Shown: positions 5,570-6,299 of the stretch, in pieces
How positions within the stretch are numbered: the first letter of the stretch is position 1
How the letters are laid out: the number at the start of each line of letters is the position of its first letter
Virus record (IMG/VR): IMGVR_UViG_3300020030_000075
Coordinates: 1-6,299 of that record
Strand: one strand, 5' to 3'
DNA from: a virus
DNA length: 6,299 nucleotides
Translations under genes and position numbers: made by a program
The notes under the pieces: generated by a model
Databases searched by the model: none
Seen by the model: only the letters and a program-made list of their open reading frames with translations
What the model was told of the DNA's origin: nothing

Positions 5570-6299
5570 TGGGTCTTCTTGGTTCAATCACTGGTGGTCT
5601 CCTTGGTATTGGCTCTTCTGTGGTTCAGAATTCGCAGAACAGACAAAATGTCCGGGAGACTAACCAGATGAACTATAAGATAAATCAGATGAACAACCAG
5701 TTTAACGAACGTATGGCGATACAGCAGCGTAATTGGCAGGAGAATATGTGGAATAAGGAAAATGCTTATAACACTGCTTCTGCCCAGCGTCAACGTCTCG
5801 AAGAAGCTGGTTTGAATCCTTATCAGATGATGAATGGCGGTTCTGCTGGAACTGCACAATCCGTTGGTTCTGGTGCTTCTGCCTCTTCTGCTGGTTCTGC
5901 CGTCATGCAGCCTTTCCATGCTGATTATTCCGGTGTTCAGCAGGCTATCGGTTCTGTATTCCAGTCCCAAGTTCAGCAGGCTCAAGTTTCACAGTTACAA
6001 GGTCAGAAAAATCTTGCTGACGCCCAGGCTATGCAGGCTCTTTCCAATGTTGATTGGTCTAAGATGACGAAAGAAACCCGTGAGTATCTGAAAGCTACTG
6101 GCTTGGCTCGTGCTCGGCTTGGTTATTCCAAAGAAATGCAGGAACTTGATAATATGGCTTTTGCCGGACGTCTTCTCCAGGCACAAGGTACTTCCCAGTT
6201 GCTTGATGCTGAAGCTAAGACCGTTCTTAACAGGTATCTTGACCAACAGCAGCAGGCTGATCTGAATGTCAAGGCTTCTGAGTATTACAACCAGATGTC
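5569..6299 (+). CDS. VP2: VP2 minor capsid / DNA pilot protein, N-terminal part; open to the window end and continuing at 122 after removal of the duplicated 121 nt
   Basis: My translation from the ATG at 5569 has no stop before the window end, which is why it is missing from the track. It reads MGLLGSITGGLLGIGSSVVQNSQNRQNVRETNQMNYKINQMNNQFNERMAIQQRNWQENMWNKENAYNTASAQRQRLEEAGLNPYQMM... The N-x-M/N-rich block ending in AGLNP is the conserved microvirus VP2 signature I recognise. There is a Gly-rich hydrophobic N-terminus. The full product is 353 aa (610 nt + 452 nt). Confidence 0.85.
   Translation, partial: MGLLGSITGGLLGIGSSVVQNSQNRQNVRETNQMNYKINQMNNQFNERMAIQQRNWQENMWNKENAYNTASAQRQRLEEAGLNPYQMMNGGSAGTAQSVGSGASASSAGSAVMQPFHADYSGVQQAIGSVFQSQVQQAQVSQLQGQKNLADAQAMQALSNVDWSKMTKETREYLKATGLARARLGYSKEMQELDNMAFAGRLLQAQGTSQLLDAEAKTVLNRYLDQQQQADLNVKASEYYNQM
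6179..6299. repeat. Terminal direct repeat, second copy of 1..121
   Basis: Identical string to 1..121. Confidence 0.95.

Noticed and set aside
1-6299. Possible stop-codon reassignment, as seen in some gut phages
   Set aside because: All three stops terminate well-supported genes: TAG for VP2, TAA for VP4, VP1 and the scaffold-position gene, and TGA for the peptidase. The core genes are intact under the standard code. The single in-frame TAA at 1178 is therefore treated as a local curiosity, not as evidence of recoding.
1-6299. A search for tRNA, rRNA, CRISPR arrays, transposase or integrase genes and inverted terminal repeats
   Set aside because: I found no T-loop or cloverleaf candidate, no spaced direct repeats, and no ORF with recombinase motifs. 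The only long repeat is the terminal assembly overlap.

Overview
The window is one complete circular ssDNA phage genome of the family Microviridae, opened inside a gene. Bases 1..121 are identical to 6179..6299, so the unit length is 6178 nt. This terminal overlap is the usual signature of an assembled circle.

All credible genes lie on the + strand and are tightly packed. In order they are:
- a 57-aa ORF (928..1101)
- a 29-aa signal-peptide/TM-like mini-ORF (1091..1180)
- a 102-aa zinc peptidase of the M15 (D-Ala-D-Ala carboxypeptidase-like) type (1184..1492)
- the rolling-circle replication initiator VP4 (1489..3198)
- the major capsid protein VP1 (3225..5072)
- a 160-aa acidic protein in the scaffold-protein position (5087..5569)
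- the pilot/minor capsid protein VP2 (5569..6299, continuing in frame into 1..452; 353 aa in total)

From memory, the VP1 and VP4 sequence signatures look like the Bacteroidetes-associated Alpavirinae-type microviruses. The lack of Shine-Dalgarno sequences, the A/T-rich leaders and a TTTG-N21-TAnnTTTG promoter match fit that host range.

Three things are worth a second look:
1. A peptidoglycan-peptidase gene in a microvirus.
2. A tiny signal-peptide-like ORF in the same reading frame as that peptidase, separated from it only by TAA-GTC.
3. A 475-nt ORF-free region (453..927) that is GC-richer than the rest and densely self-complementary, in an otherwise about 92% coding genome. A terminator-like hairpin and a promoter-like motif bracket it.

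The many antisense and +1-frame ORFs in the track are explained by the strong T bias at third codon positions and are rejected.
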